From an uncultured Chloroflexia bacterium (GTDB taxonomy: Bacteria > Chloroflexota > Limnocylindria > QHBO01), in contig CAWFCQ010000008.1 of assembly GCA_963814375.1 (NCBI GenBank), positions 96,001 through 160,000 on the forward strand: DNA of 64,000 nt. The letters run 5' to 3'. The position numbers and the translations under genes are program-made. Below, piece after piece: positions 10,460 to 21,018 of this stretch; the stretch's first letter is position 1, and the number at the start of each line of letters is the position of its first letter. The notes below the pieces were generated by a model that saw nothing but the letters and a program-made list of their open reading frames with translations, had not been told where the DNA came from and did no database searches.

Positions 10460-11686
10460 CTACCCCAGCTGGTCGCGGCGGCGGGTCAGGTAGGCGGTCT
10501 CGGCGGTGTTGCCCGCCAGTGCGATGGCTTTGTCATAGGCCGCGCGCGACTCCTGACTGCGGCTCAGCCGGCGCAGCAGGTCGGCGCGGGTGGCGTGGTA
10601 GGCGTGATAGCGAGCCAGCCTATCCTCGAGGGGGCCTATGGCCGATAGTGCCACCTCTGGGCCGTCAAGCTCGGCTACCGCCACGGCCCGGTTGAGGGCG
10701 ACGATCGGGGAGGGGTCGAGGCGGACGAGCTGGTCGTAGAGAGCGACGACCTCGGCCCAGTCGGTGTCGCGCGCGTCGCGGGCTGAGGTGTGGACGGCGT
10801 TGATCGCCGCGAGGACTTGGTAGCGACCCGGAGCCACCCCGGCGGCAAGGCGCTCGCGCACCAGCCGATGACCCTCGGCGACCATGGCCGCGTCCCAGGC
10901 GCCACGGTCCTGCTCGTCCAGGGTGACGAGCTCGCCGCTCGCCGAGACCCGGGCGGCGCGGCGGGCCTCGGTGAGGAGCATCAGCGCCAGCAGCCCGGCC
11001 ACCTCACCGTCCTCGGGCAACAGGGCACGGATGAGGCGAGTGAGCCGGATGGCCTCGGCGGTCAGGTCGTGACGTACGGGATCGGCGTCGGGGCCTGACG
11101 CCAGGTAGCCCTCGTTGAAGACGAGGAAGAGGACGGCGAGCACGCCCGAGACGCGCGCCGGGAGATCCTCCGCGGACGGCACCCGATAGGGGATGCGAGC
11201 CGCCTTGATCTTGGCCTTCGCGCGGGTGATCCGCTGCCCCATGGCGGCCTCCTGCACCAGGAAGGCACGGGCGATCTCGGGGACGGTCAGACCGCCGACC
11301 ATGCGGAGCGTCAGAGCCACGCGCGCCTCAATCGCGAGCGCCGGGTGACAACAGGTGAAGATCAGCCGGAGCCGGTCGTCGTCGATGGCACCGAGAGGCT
11401 CGGGCGAGGCGTCGTCGTGCAACGTCCGAGCCTCCCTCTGCTTGTCGCCGCGCTTGTTCTCGCGCCGGATCCGATCGATAGCCTTGTGATTGGCCGTGGT
11501 GGTCAGCCAGGCGCCGGGGTTGGGAGGTACACCATCGGAGGGCCATCGCTTGACGGCCGTCGCAAATGCCTCGGCCGCCGCCTCCTCGGCGATGTCGAGG
11601 TCACCGAAACGCCTGGTCAGGGCGGCGACCACCCGCGCCCAATCGTCGTGGTGGGCCTGGGTGATCGCCTCCCGGACCTCGATCAC
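10460..11686 (-). CDS. ECF sigma factor with C-terminal extension (ECF42-type)
   Basis: DLDIAEEAAAEAF, DDRLRLIFTCCHPAL, EIARAFLV...QRITRAK, LDEQDRGAWD; directly downstream of a YciI gene. Confidence 0.93.
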   Translation of the reverse strand: MIEVREAITQAHHDDWARVVAALTRRFGDLDIAEEAAAEAFATAVKRWPSDGVPPNPGAWLTTTANHKAIDRIRRENKRGDKQREARTLHDDASPEPLGAIDDDRLRLIFTCCHPALAIEARVALTLRMVGGLTVPEIARAFLVQEAAMGQRITRAKAKIKAARIPYRVPSAEDLPARVSGVLAVLFLVFNEGYLASGPDADPVRHDLTAEAIRLTRLIRALLPEDGEVAGLLALMLLTEARRAARVSASGELVTLDEQDRGAWDAAMVAEGHRLVRERLAAGVAPGRYQVLAAINAVHTSARDARDTDWAEVVALYDQLVRLDPSPIVALNRAVAVAELDGPEVALSAIGPLEDRLARYHAYHATRADLLRRLSRSQESRAAYDKAIALAGNTAETAYLTRRRDQLG

Positions 11687-11703
11687 GCTTGCGTGTTTCT
11701 CAC

Positions 11704-12045
11704 TCAGGTCGGCGGGTCGGGGAGCAGCTCGCGGACCTCCTGCGTGCACCGACAGGCGGCGGCCATCTTGGCGGCCCAGTGCATGGCCTCCTCGCGCGAG
11801 GCCACGTCGACGACGGTGAACCCGCCGAGGAACTCCTTGCTCTCCGGGTACGGGCCGTCGCTGACCGTCCCGTCGGCAGCGACGACGCTCACCTCCTCGT
11901 GGCCGTTCAGCCCGCCGCCGAAGACCCACGCGCCCGCTTCCGTGGCCTCCCTCTCCACGGCCTGGGCTGCCCTGGCTACCTCGGGCAGGTCCTCCTCGGG
12001 CGCCGTCCAAGCGGTCGCGTCGAAGCTGATCAGGTATTTCGCCAT
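11704..12045 (-). CDS. YciI family (DGPF-type) protein
   Basis: DGPYPESKEFLGGF...EA..WA...EVR. Confidence 0.92.
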   Translation of the reverse strand: MAKYLISFDATAWTAPEEDLPEVARAAQAVEREATEAGAWVFGGGLNGHEEVSVVAADGTVSDGPYPESKEFLGGFTVVDVASREEAMHWAAKMAAACRCTQEVRELLPDPPT

Positions 12046-12088
12046 CTCGATCGTCTCCTCATGATTGGGTGCCGCCTCTCACCATTGC

Positions 12089-12115
12089 TACGAACGACAC
12101 TCGCCCGATCCGACA
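12089..12115 (-). promoter_or_regulatory. Putative ECF42-dependent promoter of the yciI-sigma operon
   Basis: Minus strand reads TGTCGG-N17-CGTA, resembling the ECF42 TGTCGA / CG(A/T)C type consensus. Confidence 0.55.
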
Positions 12116-12150
12116 CCGGCGTCCGCCATCTGGCCAACGGCGAGTCGACA

Positions 12151-12375
12151 TTCAAGCCTGAAGCTCAGAAGGGACCGGCCAGCGGTCTGCTGGTGGTGTT
12201 CGTGGTCAGCGACGTCGACGCCGACCACCGGCGCCTCATGGAGCGCGGCGTCGAGATCACCACCCCGCTGCAGACCGAGCCGTGGGGCGAGCGATTTCTC
12301 CAGGTGACCGACCCAAATGGGATCGTGATCCAGCTCGTGCAATGGGTGACGAGCCCAGCCGACCAGCCCGCCTGA
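12151..12375 (+). pseudogene. 5'-truncated VOC/glyoxalase remnant
   Basis: VFVVSDVDA...TEPWGERFLQVTDPNG is the C-terminal VOC half; no N-terminal half or convincing start. Confidence 0.7.
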
Positions 12376-12444
12376 CCTTACCGCTCGCCATTCACCGGCT
12401 CTCCTCGGGCACAACGATGTCTATGGCGCGATGACCCCAGCGGA

Positions 12445-12873
12445 TCAGTCGGGTGAGAGCCGGAACGCCGCTCCGCGACCATACCGCGCATCGCCGACAT
12501 ACCGCTTCCGAATGCGTCGGATCGCGCCTTCGCGCTCGGTACCGCTCAACTGGCGTGCCACGTAGCGACGGGCCTTCCCCCGCACGGCGAACTCGCACCG
12601 CGGATGACTGCCGAGGTTTGCGGCCCACGCGCTCTTCGGCCCCTGGGCTGCGACGAGGATGGTGCCGTCGCCATCGCGTACGAAGCCGACCGTCACGTTG
12701 TGCGCGCGCCCGCTACGTATACCGGTCGTGGTGAGGTCGCCAACGTAACCGACGCGCCGCTCGAGGGCGACCACGACGCGCTCAAGTCGTTGGAAGGTGC
12801 CCATCGGCGCATCTCTCTCAACGGCTCGGCTGGGTTGTCCTTGCGGTGTGGGCATCGGTTGTGGGCTGATCAA
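12445..12873 (-). CDS. Deazaflavin (F420)-dependent nitroreductase family protein
   Basis: LTTTG.RSG..H, W..NL...P; the start overlaps the upstream regulator stop (alternative ATG at 12804). Confidence 0.75.
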   Translation of the reverse strand: MISPQPMPTPQGQPSRAVERDAPMGTFQRLERVVVALERRVGYVGDLTTTGIRSGRAHNVTVGFVRDGDGTILVAAQGPKSAWAANLGSHPRCEFAVRGKARRYVARQLSGTEREGAIRRIRKRYVGDARYGRGAAFRLSPD

Positions 12874-13610
12874 CCGGCAGCGCCGACGGCGTGCTTCGGC
12901 TCGCGCAGCGAAGGGCTTGCTTGTGCGTCCTCACCTTGCACAACCGGCAGGAACCAGCTCGGGAGCTGGGCGACGAGGCGCGGATCCCCGAAGAGGCGCA
13001 CCGCGCCATCGGCGACCGCATCGGTCCAGGAGCGGACGCCGCGGGCAATGGGATGCAGGGCGGCCGCATCGGCCTCGACGTACACGTAACGATCCTCACC
13101 GATCATCGGATCCTCTTGACAGAGCTCCGGTTCGACGCCGGCCGCCAGCAGGAGCCATTGGCGCCCGGATTCGTCGAGCGGAAGCGCGAATTCGATCGCG
13201 ACCTGCCGCTCGGGAAGGGCCCTGGCCTCGGTTCGATGGCGCAGCCACCACAGGAGCAGTGTTGGATCGCGCTGCGCAGCCGCGGGATCCTCCGGGATCC
13301 AGTGCTCCGCCCAACCCCAGAGCGACTTGAGAGTCGGCATGAGCTGCTCTCCGGCAGGCGTTAGACAATACGGTGCCGACCGTCGGGTGACAGACGGATC
13401 GCGAGCGACGATGCCGATCTCTTCGAGCTTGTGGAGCTTATCGGTGAGCACCGACCGCGAGATGTGGCCGGGCAAGCCGGTGGCCAGCGTGTTGAATCCC
13501 TGCCGCCCGAACAGCGCAAGCTCGCGGACGATCAGCAGGCTCCATCGGTCGCCGAGGTGCTCCACCGCCTTGGTGAAGGCGCAGTACTCGGTCTTCTCAC
13601 TCGAGCCCAT
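12870..13610 (-). CDS. HxlR winged-helix regulator with C-terminal SCP2-like domain
   Basis: YC...AVEHLGDRWSLLIVREL...ISRSVL...Y.LTPAG. Confidence 0.9.
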   Translation of the reverse strand: MGSSEKTEYCAFTKAVEHLGDRWSLLIVRELALFGRQGFNTLATGLPGHISRSVLTDKLHKLEEIGIVARDPSVTRRSAPYCLTPAGEQLMPTLKSLWGWAEHWIPEDPAAAQRDPTLLLWWLRHRTEARALPERQVAIEFALPLDESGRQWLLLAAGVEPELCQEDPMIGEDRYVYVEADAAALHPIARGVRSWTDAVADGAVRLFGDPRLVAQLPSWFLPVVQGEDAQASPSLREPKHAVGAAG

Positions 13611-13643
13611 GCGCCCATTGTCCCATCGGCGCCAACGCCGACC

Positions 13644-13660
13644 AGTTCGGAGTCCGAACT
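13644..13660. promoter_or_regulatory. Perfect inverted repeat, likely HxlR operator
   Basis: AGTTCGGA-G-TCCGAACT between the divergent regulator and monooxygenase. Confidence 0.7.
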
Positions 13661-13729
13661 AGGCGCTCCACGGCACTGCCCGCATCGTGGGACCAGGGTA
13701 CGTGACAAGCTCCTGCGGAGGCTAGACCG

Positions 13730-14881
13730 ATGAAGACTCCATCTCCTGAGTATCACGAGGCCGTCGTCGTTGGCGGCGGGCAGGCGGGCCTGGCGGCCGG
13801 ATACCACCTGGCGCAACGCGGTATCGACTTCGTCGTCCTCGAGGCAAGTGCCCGCGTCGGCAACGTCTGGCGCGAGCGCTACGAGACGTTGCTCCTGTAC
13901 TCGCCGGCAAAGTACAACGCGCTGCCGGGGCTGCCGTTTCCGCTGGCAGCCGACGCCTTCCCGACAGGTCGCCAGATGGCCGACTACCTCGAGTCCTACG
14001 CCGACCACCACCGCTTGCCGATCGAGACCGGCGTCCGAGCCGATCGCCTGCGAGCGTCGAGTGAGGCGGACAGCGCGGGAGGCTACGCGATCTGGGCCGG
14101 CGATCGCCGCTACGGGGCGAGCCAGGTAATCGTCGCTACCGGCGCGTTCCAGCGGCCGTACGTCCCCGAGATTGCCAGCCGCCTCGATCCCGGGATCCGG
14201 CAGCTGCACTCGGCCGACTATCGTGGGCCGCACCAGCTCGACGACGGGCCGGTACTGGTCGTGGGCCTCAGTCACTCCGGTGCCGATATCGCGCACGAGC
14301 TGGCGAAAGCCGGTCATCCCACGATCGTGTCGGGCAAGTCGCATGGTCAGCTGCCGTTTTCCGTCGATAGCCGGCGCGCGCGGCTCGCCTGGCCGGTGAT
14401 GCGGTTCGTGGCGTGGAATGTCCTGACGTTGAACACGCCGATCGGGCGAAAAATGGCGCCGAAGGTTCGCGCCGGCGGTGGGCCGCTGCTCCGCGTTCGC
14501 CGGGGCGATCTCGAGGCGGCCGGTGTCACGCTGCACGACGCGCGGACGATCGACGTCGACGGGCGACGCCAGCCGGTGCTGTCCGACGGGACCGCGCTGG
14601 ATGTGGCGAATGTCGTGTGGTGCACCGGGTTCCGACCCGACTATGGCTGGATCGAGCTGCCGGTGACCGGCGAGGACGGCTGGCCACGGCAGCACCGCGG
14701 CGTGGTCGACGACAGCCCGGGCCTCTACTTTCTGGGCATCCCGTTCCTCTATGCCTTCACCTCGATGCTCGTCCTCGGCGCCGGCCGCGATGCCGCCTAT
14801 GTGGCCGATCGACTGGCGGCTCGCGCCGCCGGGCGAGCGCAAAGGATCGGTGGGCCGGAGACGAGTTCGAGAGCCGCATGA
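13730..14881 (+). CDS. Flavin-containing monooxygenase (CzcO/ArsO-like)
   Basis: GGGQAG, W..RY..L.L, ATG, QLHS..Y, VVWCTGF, PGLYFLG. Confidence 0.9.
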   Translation: MKTPSPEYHEAVVVGGGQAGLAAGYHLAQRGIDFVVLEASARVGNVWRERYETLLLYSPAKYNALPGLPFPLAADAFPTGRQMADYLESYADHHRLPIETGVRADRLRASSEADSAGGYAIWAGDRRYGASQVIVATGAFQRPYVPEIASRLDPGIRQLHSADYRGPHQLDDGPVLVVGLSHSGADIAHELAKAGHPTIVSGKSHGQLPFSVDSRRARLAWPVMRFVAWNVLTLNTPIGRKMAPKVRAGGGPLLRVRRGDLEAAGVTLHDARTIDVDGRRQPVLSDGTALDVANVVWCTGFRPDYGWIELPVTGEDGWPRQHRGVVDDSPGLYFLGIPFLYAFTSMLVLGAGRDAAYVADRLAARAAGRAQRIGGPETSSRAA

Positions 14882-14899
14882 CGCAGGGCGGGGCGGCGC

Positions 14900-17800
14900 T
14901 CAGTCGAACACCCGGCCGCTCAGAGACGGCCCGTCCTCCGGCGTCAAGGTCGCCGTCAGGCTTTCGAGCAGCGCGCGTGCGCGGGCCGCGCCCGGGATGA
15001 CCTCCTTCGCCTCGTAACGTCGAAGCGCGTCGCCGGCCGCCGTGGCCGCCTCCTGGTAGCGCCCGCTTACCCGGAGGACCTCGGCCAGGTCCATCAGCGC
15101 CTCCGTCTGGGTGTCGACGCGATCAGTCCGCAGCGCAAGCTCGACGGCGTCTCGTGCGAGCTGCTCCGCCGCGGTCGCCTCGCCCCGGTGGGCGAGCAGC
15201 AGCGCCCGCGCACCCCGCCAGGACACCTGGGCGGCCACCCAGCTCTTCGCGCTCGCCTGTTCGGCGGCCGTTGCGAGCTCATCGGCCTCGTCGAATCGGT
15301 CCAGTGCGTAGAGACAATGCGACAGCCATCCGGCGGTGAGGGCGAGGTAGCTCTTGTCGCCCATCGACGATAGCCCGTCGTATGCCTGCCGCAGCTCTCG
15401 CTCGGCCGCCTGCCAATCGCCGCGGACCATCTCGACGAAGTAGCCGAGGCCCTCGCCCCGACTCATCGCAGCACCGGGAAGGTCGCCGAGAACCTGCCGA
15501 TCCGCGACGCCCTTGAGGATCATCTCGCGAGCCGCGTCGCGCTCACCGAGCATGCCGCGCAGCTGGCCGAGGAAGCACAGGGCATAGGCCTCCGCACCGC
15601 GGTGACCGCGCACCCGCTCCAGGACCTCCGAGCCCTCCACGAGTGCCCGCGACGCGGGCGTCGGTCCGAACGAGAGCGCGACGATGATGCCGACAAGGTC
15701 GTCGTGCGGGTAGTGCGGGTCCTTGGCCCGCAGGTCGAACTCGTACGCGCGCTCGGCGGGCTCGCGCATGCCCTCGAGCTGGCAGAGCCCGTACCGCGCC
15801 CAGCTCACGAGACGCCATGCGCGAGCCGCACTGAAGTCGTCGCCATTCGCCTCGCATCGCGCCGCCAACGCCAGCCCTTCGGCCTCGAGCTCGGCATAGT
15901 CCACGTCCGGGTCGACCTGGAATCGGAGGCGCAGCTCCGAGAGATGCGATCGGACTCGCGTGCGCTCGTCACCCGCCCGTTCGGCCAGCTCGATCGCCTC
16001 GGCCAGGGCCTCGTGTGCCTCGTCGAATCGCCCTGCCCACAGCAGTGCGTCGCCGAGGTCACCGAGCAGCTGCGGGCGTCGGCCGTCGTCCGGCGACATC
16101 AGGGCCAGCGCGCGAGATCGGAGCTTGATCCCCGCCGAGGTGTCGCCACGCGACGAGGCGGTCCACCCTGCCCCGGCCAGGCGGTCGGCCGCGCGTCGCG
16201 CCAGGTCGGCACCCCTGTCGTCGATCGGACCCAGCTCGGCGAGATACCGATAGCCCCGTTCGAGATGCCAACCCGCGATCTCCGCGTACTCGGCCAGCCG
16301 ATCGCCGGCAGTCGCCTCGAGCCAATCGGCGAAGCGCGCGTGCAGGTCCGCCCGGGACTCCTTGGTGACCCCGTCGTAGGCGGCGTCCCGGATGAGCAGG
16401 TGGCGGAACTCGAACGCCTCCTCGTCGCGGAACTCGGATCGAGTGGGACGGATGAGTTCCTTCCGCACGAGCTCGAGCAGCATCGACGGGATCCGGGGTG
16501 CAAGCTCCGGAGGCGACAGCTCGGCAACGGCGCCGACGTAGAACGTCTGCCCCATCACGGCGGCGCGGCCGAGCAGGGAGCGCTCGTCGCTGCCCAGGAG
16601 CTCCAGTCGTGCCGCGAGCAGCGCATGGATTCCCGGCGGGATGGTGATGTTGTCGAGATCGCCCACCGCGACCCAGCGACCGTCCACGCGCTCGAGCCGC
16701 CCGTCGTCGATGAGCATCGAGATCATCTGCTCGATGAAGAGCGGGTTGCCCTCGGCCCTGGCCGCGACGTGATCCCTGACCTCCGCGGAGCCCTGCGGCT
16801 CGCCGAGCAGCTCGGCGATCAGCCGATCGCAGGCCGCGTCGTCCAGTGGCTCCAGCCTCACGATCGTGCTCGGGGCCGCGCCGGCGGTGTGGCCCCACTC
16901 CGGACGTCGATCGAGCAGCTCCGGCCGGCTGGTGCACAGCAGGACGATCGGCACCGATTCGGTATGACGGGCAAGGTTCTCGACGAGCTCGAGAAGCGTG
17001 TCCTCGGCCCAATGTGCATCGTCGAGAGCCACGATCAGTGGGCGCTCGGCCGCGATGGTCGCGAAGAGCTTTCGGACCGCCCAGGCGCCCTCGGCCACCA
17101 CGGCGGTCGTCTCTCTGAGGCCGGTGAGGTGGGCAATGGTCTCGGCAATCGACCGGGCATCGCCATCGGGCTCGAGCAATGCCTGGATTCGAGCCACGCT
17201 CGCGTCCGGTCCGTCGCTCTCGTGAATGCCCGCAGCCTGCCTGACCATCTGGGCGAGCGGCCAGAACGTGATCCCCTCGCCGTACGGAAGACAGCGTCCG
17301 CTGAGCACGGTCGCGTCTCCGTCAACGGAGGCGACGAAGTCCTGGACGAGGCGCGACTTGCCGATGCCCGGTGCTCCGACCACGGTGACGAGCCGGCAGC
17401 TCCGCTCGGCGATTGCCCGCTCCATGGCCCATTCAAGCTGAGCGACGGAGTCGCGGCGGCCAACGAGGGATGCGTCCGGTCGGTACGCACCGGCGGGGTG
17501 CTCACCGATGCCGATGAGACGATAGGCCGCGACTTTGCCCTGCTTTCCCCTGAGGGCCAGCGGCGCCAACGGCTCGGCTTCGGCCGAGTCGCGAACGAGC
17601 TTGAAGGTCGACTCGGCCATCAGGATCTCGCCGGGCTCAGCGTGCTGCTGGAGACGAGCCGCCGCGTTCGCCGCATCACCTGCAACGAAGTTGCGGTCGG
17701 GGACGATGCCTCGCCCGGCCACCGTGCCGGTGTTGATGCCCGTCCGCGTCGCGAGCGCAATCGCCGTAACGCGGCATGAACAGGTCGCCGTTCATCCGCG

Positions 17801-18152
17801 TCAGGGTCTCGCGCATTTCGACGGCGGCGCGGACCGCGCGCAGCGCATCGTCTTCGTGCAGCTCGGTCAGCCCGAAGACCGCCATCACCGCGTCCCCGAT
17901 GAACTTCGCGAGCTTCCCGCCGTGGCGCTCGACGACGGGACGGATCCCCTCGACGTAGTCGGTCAGGACCTGGTCGAGGGTCTCGGGATCGAGCCGCTCG
18001 CCGAGCCCGGTCGAGTCGACAACGTCCGAGAAGAGGATCGTCACCACTCGGCGGAACCGCTCCGAGGGCTCCTGCGCGAGCTGCTCGCCGCAGGCGAGAC
18101 AGAACCGGGCGTGCTCCGGGTTCTCCTCGCCGCAGTTTCCGCACCTGGGCAT
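14900..18152 (-). CDS. Zn-ribbon / class III adenylate-guanylate cyclase / STAND ATPase / TPR-like protein; frameshift near 17762
   Basis: CxxC..CxxC, ILFSDVVDST, KFIGDAVMAVFG; RTGINTG is restored by removing one base; GDAANAAARL, GAPGIGKS, LDDAHWA, GNPLF. Confidence 0.9.
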
Positions 18153-18220
18153 CGATGGAGTGTACGGCCGCCGTGCCGTCGTCGGGGTCACCCGGCGCTT
18201 GGGGTATGTTTCAGCGGCTC

Positions 18221-18685
18221 ATGGCCGAATCCTCGCCGTTGCAGCCGCATGCTTCAGTTGGACTGGTGGACCGCGTGGCCGCGCTCCACCGCGTCGACCT
18301 TTTCGCCGCGGTCCCCGGCCGGGTGCTCGCCGCGGTAGCCGAGGTCGCAACGGAGGTGCGGACGGAGGTCGGCGGCGTGCTCATCGACGAGGGGGCCGTC
18401 GAGGCGAGCCTGTATGCCATCGTCGAGGGCCGCGTCCGTGTCCATCGCGGCGACGAGACGCTCGTGGAGCTTGGTCCCGGAGTCACCGTGGGTGAGTTGG
18501 CCGCCCTCGTGCCCGAGCCGCGCAGCGCGTCGGTGACCGCGCTGGAGCCGACACTCGCGTTGCGCATCGACAAGGCGGTGCTGGATGAGCTTCTCGCCGA
18601 GTGGCCCGAGCTCGGCCACGGTGTGATCGCGGCGCTCGTTTCACGCCTTCGCGCAATCGCCCTCCGAGCCGACAGAGAGCGGTGA
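18221..18685 (+). CDS. Stand-alone cyclic nucleotide-binding domain protein
   Basis: LY.IVEG.V.V...VGELAAL..EPRSASV.A phosphate-binding cassette. Confidence 0.9.
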   Translation: MAESSPLQPHASVGLVDRVAALHRVDLFAAVPGRVLAAVAEVATEVRTEVGGVLIDEGAVEASLYAIVEGRVRVHRGDETLVELGPGVTVGELAALVPEPRSASVTALEPTLALRIDKAVLDELLAEWPELGHGVIAALVSRLRAIALRADRER

Positions 18686-20997
18686 GCAGCGCGCCGCCCC
18701 GCGGCGTCATCGGCCTCCTGACCGCGGAGGCGCTGGCCTTCGGGGTGACGCTGGCGCTGCTCATCATTCCGGCCAACGCGCTGTTCCTTGACACGTACGG
18801 GTCCGAGTGGCTCCCGGCCACGTACATCGCGATTGCGGTCTTCGGCACGGCCATCTCGGCGCTCATCGCTCGCGCCGCGCGGCGCACCCGCCTCGTTCGC
18901 GTCGCGACCGCCAGCCTGGGAGGCTTCGCCGCGCTCTTTGCTGCCTCGTGGGTCGTGCTCCTTGCGGGTGGCATCTGGGTATCGGCGGTGCTGCTCGTCC
19001 TCTTCCCGATCGCGCTCCAGGTGGGCTTCGTGCTCATCGGTGGCCAGGCTGGACGCCTCCTCGACGTCCGCCAGATGAAGGAGCATTTCCCCCGGATCGT
19101 CTCCGGCTTCGCCGTGGGGTTCTTCCTGGGCGGCCTCCTGGGAATCCCGCTCCTGGCCCTGCTCGGGTCGACCGAGCACATGCTGGTCGCCACCACCGTC
19201 GCCCAGCTCGCATTCCTGGCGTTGCTGATCGTGACCGAGCGGCGCTTTCCCGAAGCCGGCAAGGCGCCCGCAGGCGACGCGCCGGTCGTGGCGCGTCCGC
19301 CGCTCCGCACCCTCTTCACTTCTGGCCTCGTTCTCCTGCTGCTCGTCTACCAGGTCCTCTCGGCGATGGGGTCGCAGGTTGTCGATTTCCTCCTTTTCGA
19401 CCGGGCGGCGGCGCACTACAGCGGCGACGACCTGACGCGCTTCCTCGCCGGATACACGGCGGCCCTCAATCTCGTCGACATCGTCTTCCTCGCCGTCGTG
19501 GCCGGTCCGCTCATGCGACGCTTCGGCCTGCGCTTCGGCCTCGTATTCAACCCAGCCCTCGTAGCCGCGATCCTCGCCGTCATGGCGGTGGTCGTGATGG
19601 GCACGGGCGCCGCCGCGTTCAGCGTGCTCGTCCTGGCGGGAGTGCTTCGCATAGCCGACATCGCCGCGACCGATGGCACGACCAGGACGTCGATCAATGC
19701 CGCCTACCAGGTCGTCCCCATCGGCGAACGCCTGGCGGTGCAGGCCGTCGTGGAGGGCATCGGCGTACCGGTGGCGATGGGCGCCACCGGCGTCATGCTG
19801 CTGGCCCTCAATCTCCTGGGTCTCGGGACCGAGGCGGTGATCGTGTTCGGCCTGGTCCTGGGGCTGGTCTGGGCCGGGATAGCCGTCGCCGTCTATCGCT
19901 CATACACCGGCTCGCTGGCCGATGAGATGCGCCGGCGCGTGCTGGGCACGACGGATCTCGTGACCGACGCGGACGGCCTCGCTATCCGAGCGCTCCTCGG
20001 CTCCGAGGACCCACGGGACGTGCGTCTTGGCCTCGACCTGCTGAGCCCGGTCGTCGCCGACACCGCGACCCTCGAGCTGCGCCAGCTGTCGGCCCACGCC
20101 GATCTCGAGGTCCGGGTGCGAGCCCTCGGCCAGCTCGCCGCCGCCGGCGATGGGTCCGCCTCGTTGGAGATCGCGGCGCTGCTCCCGGCACTGCTCGACG
20201 ACCCCGACGTCAGGGTCCGAAACGCGGCGCTCGATGCCGTCGACGCTGACGACGCCCGCGATTCGGCCATCGTGGGGCGCGTCATCGCGGCGATCGGAAT
20301 GCCGCGCACGATGGGAAGCGCCACCGCCGCGCTGCGACGCCTCGGGGAACCCGCGGTCCCCGCGCTCGTGGAGGCGCTCGCCGCCGGAGGGCGAGATCGT
20401 CGGTCCTCCCTCGTGCGTGCCGCAGCCTCGGAAGCAGCGACGCACGGAGCGGCGCTCATCGAGCCCTTGGTCCGTGACCCGGATCGCTCGGTGGTGCTGG
20501 CCGCGCTGGAGGCGCTCGAGGCATCCGGAGGTCGTAACGTCCTGGCTGGCGGCACCCTCGACGGCGTGCTGCGCGACGCCGCGGCGCTCGCGACGCGCGC
20601 CGAGCAGGCACGGGCAACCCTCGGCACCCACGACGATTCGTTACGGCGTGCCCTCGACGACGAGGTCGAGCTCGCTCGCCGGCTTGCGATTGCGGCGCTC
20701 GCGGTTCGGCACGGCCAAGCTGTCAGGGCCGCGGTCCGGGTCGTGGATCACGCAGACCGGCAGCGGAGCGCGCTCGGCATCGAGTCGCTCGATGTCATCC
20801 TCTCCCGCGAGGAGGGAGCCATCGCGCTCCCGCTGATTCGCCGCGAGGCTTCGAAGAGCATCGCCGATGCGGTGCCCATGGGGCGGGAGGAATGGATCGC
20901 GGACCTCGCGAGCGATCCAGTCGGGTTCTGGCGATCGTCGTGGCTCGCCGCTTGTGCCCGCCATGTGATGGGGAGAGCGCCTCGCCCTCCGGCTTGA
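18682..20997 (+). CDS. MFS/TLC(Npt)-like membrane transporter fused to HEAT repeats
   Basis: About 12 TM segments with ALFL..YG.E.LP..YI and RLLDVRQMKEHFP, then D.D.RVRNAAL.A HEAT units; GTGA overlap with the cNMP gene. Confidence 0.8.
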   Translation: MSSAPPRGVIGLLTAEALAFGVTLALLIIPANALFLDTYGSEWLPATYIAIAVFGTAISALIARAARRTRLVRVATASLGGFAALFAASWVVLLAGGIWVSAVLLVLFPIALQVGFVLIGGQAGRLLDVRQMKEHFPRIVSGFAVGFFLGGLLGIPLLALLGSTEHMLVATTVAQLAFLALLIVTERRFPEAGKAPAGDAPVVARPPLRTLFTSGLVLLLLVYQVLSAMGSQVVDFLLFDRAAAHYSGDDLTRFLAGYTAALNLVDIVFLAVVAGPLMRRFGLRFGLVFNPALVAAILAVMAVVVMGTGAAAFSVLVLAGVLRIADIAATDGTTRTSINAAYQVVPIGERLAVQAVVEGIGVPVAMGATGVMLLALNLLGLGTEAVIVFGLVLGLVWAGIAVAVYRSYTGSLADEMRRRVLGTTDLVTDADGLAIRALLGSEDPRDVRLGLDLLSPVVADTATLELRQLSAHADLEVRVRALGQLAAAGDGSASLEIAALLPALLDDPDVRVRNAALDAVDADDARDSAIVGRVIAAIGMPRTMGSATAALRRLGEPAVPALVEALAAGGRDRRSSLVRAAASEAATHGAALIEPLVRDPDRSVVLAALEALEASGGRNVLAGGTLDGVLRDAAALATRAEQARATLGTHDDSLRRALDDEVELARRLAIAALAVRHGQAVRAAVRVVDHADRQRSALGIESLDVILSREEGAIALPLIRREASKSIADAVPMGREEWIADLASDPVGFWRSSWLAACARHVMGRAPRPPA

Positions 20998-21018
20998 GCT
21001 CGACATCCCACGGTGTGG

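Noticed and set aside
15602-17779. Long overlapping ORFs (also 3721..5247, 31553..33700, 59728..61926)
   Set aside because: Antisense shadows of well-supported genes, expected in high-GC DNA.
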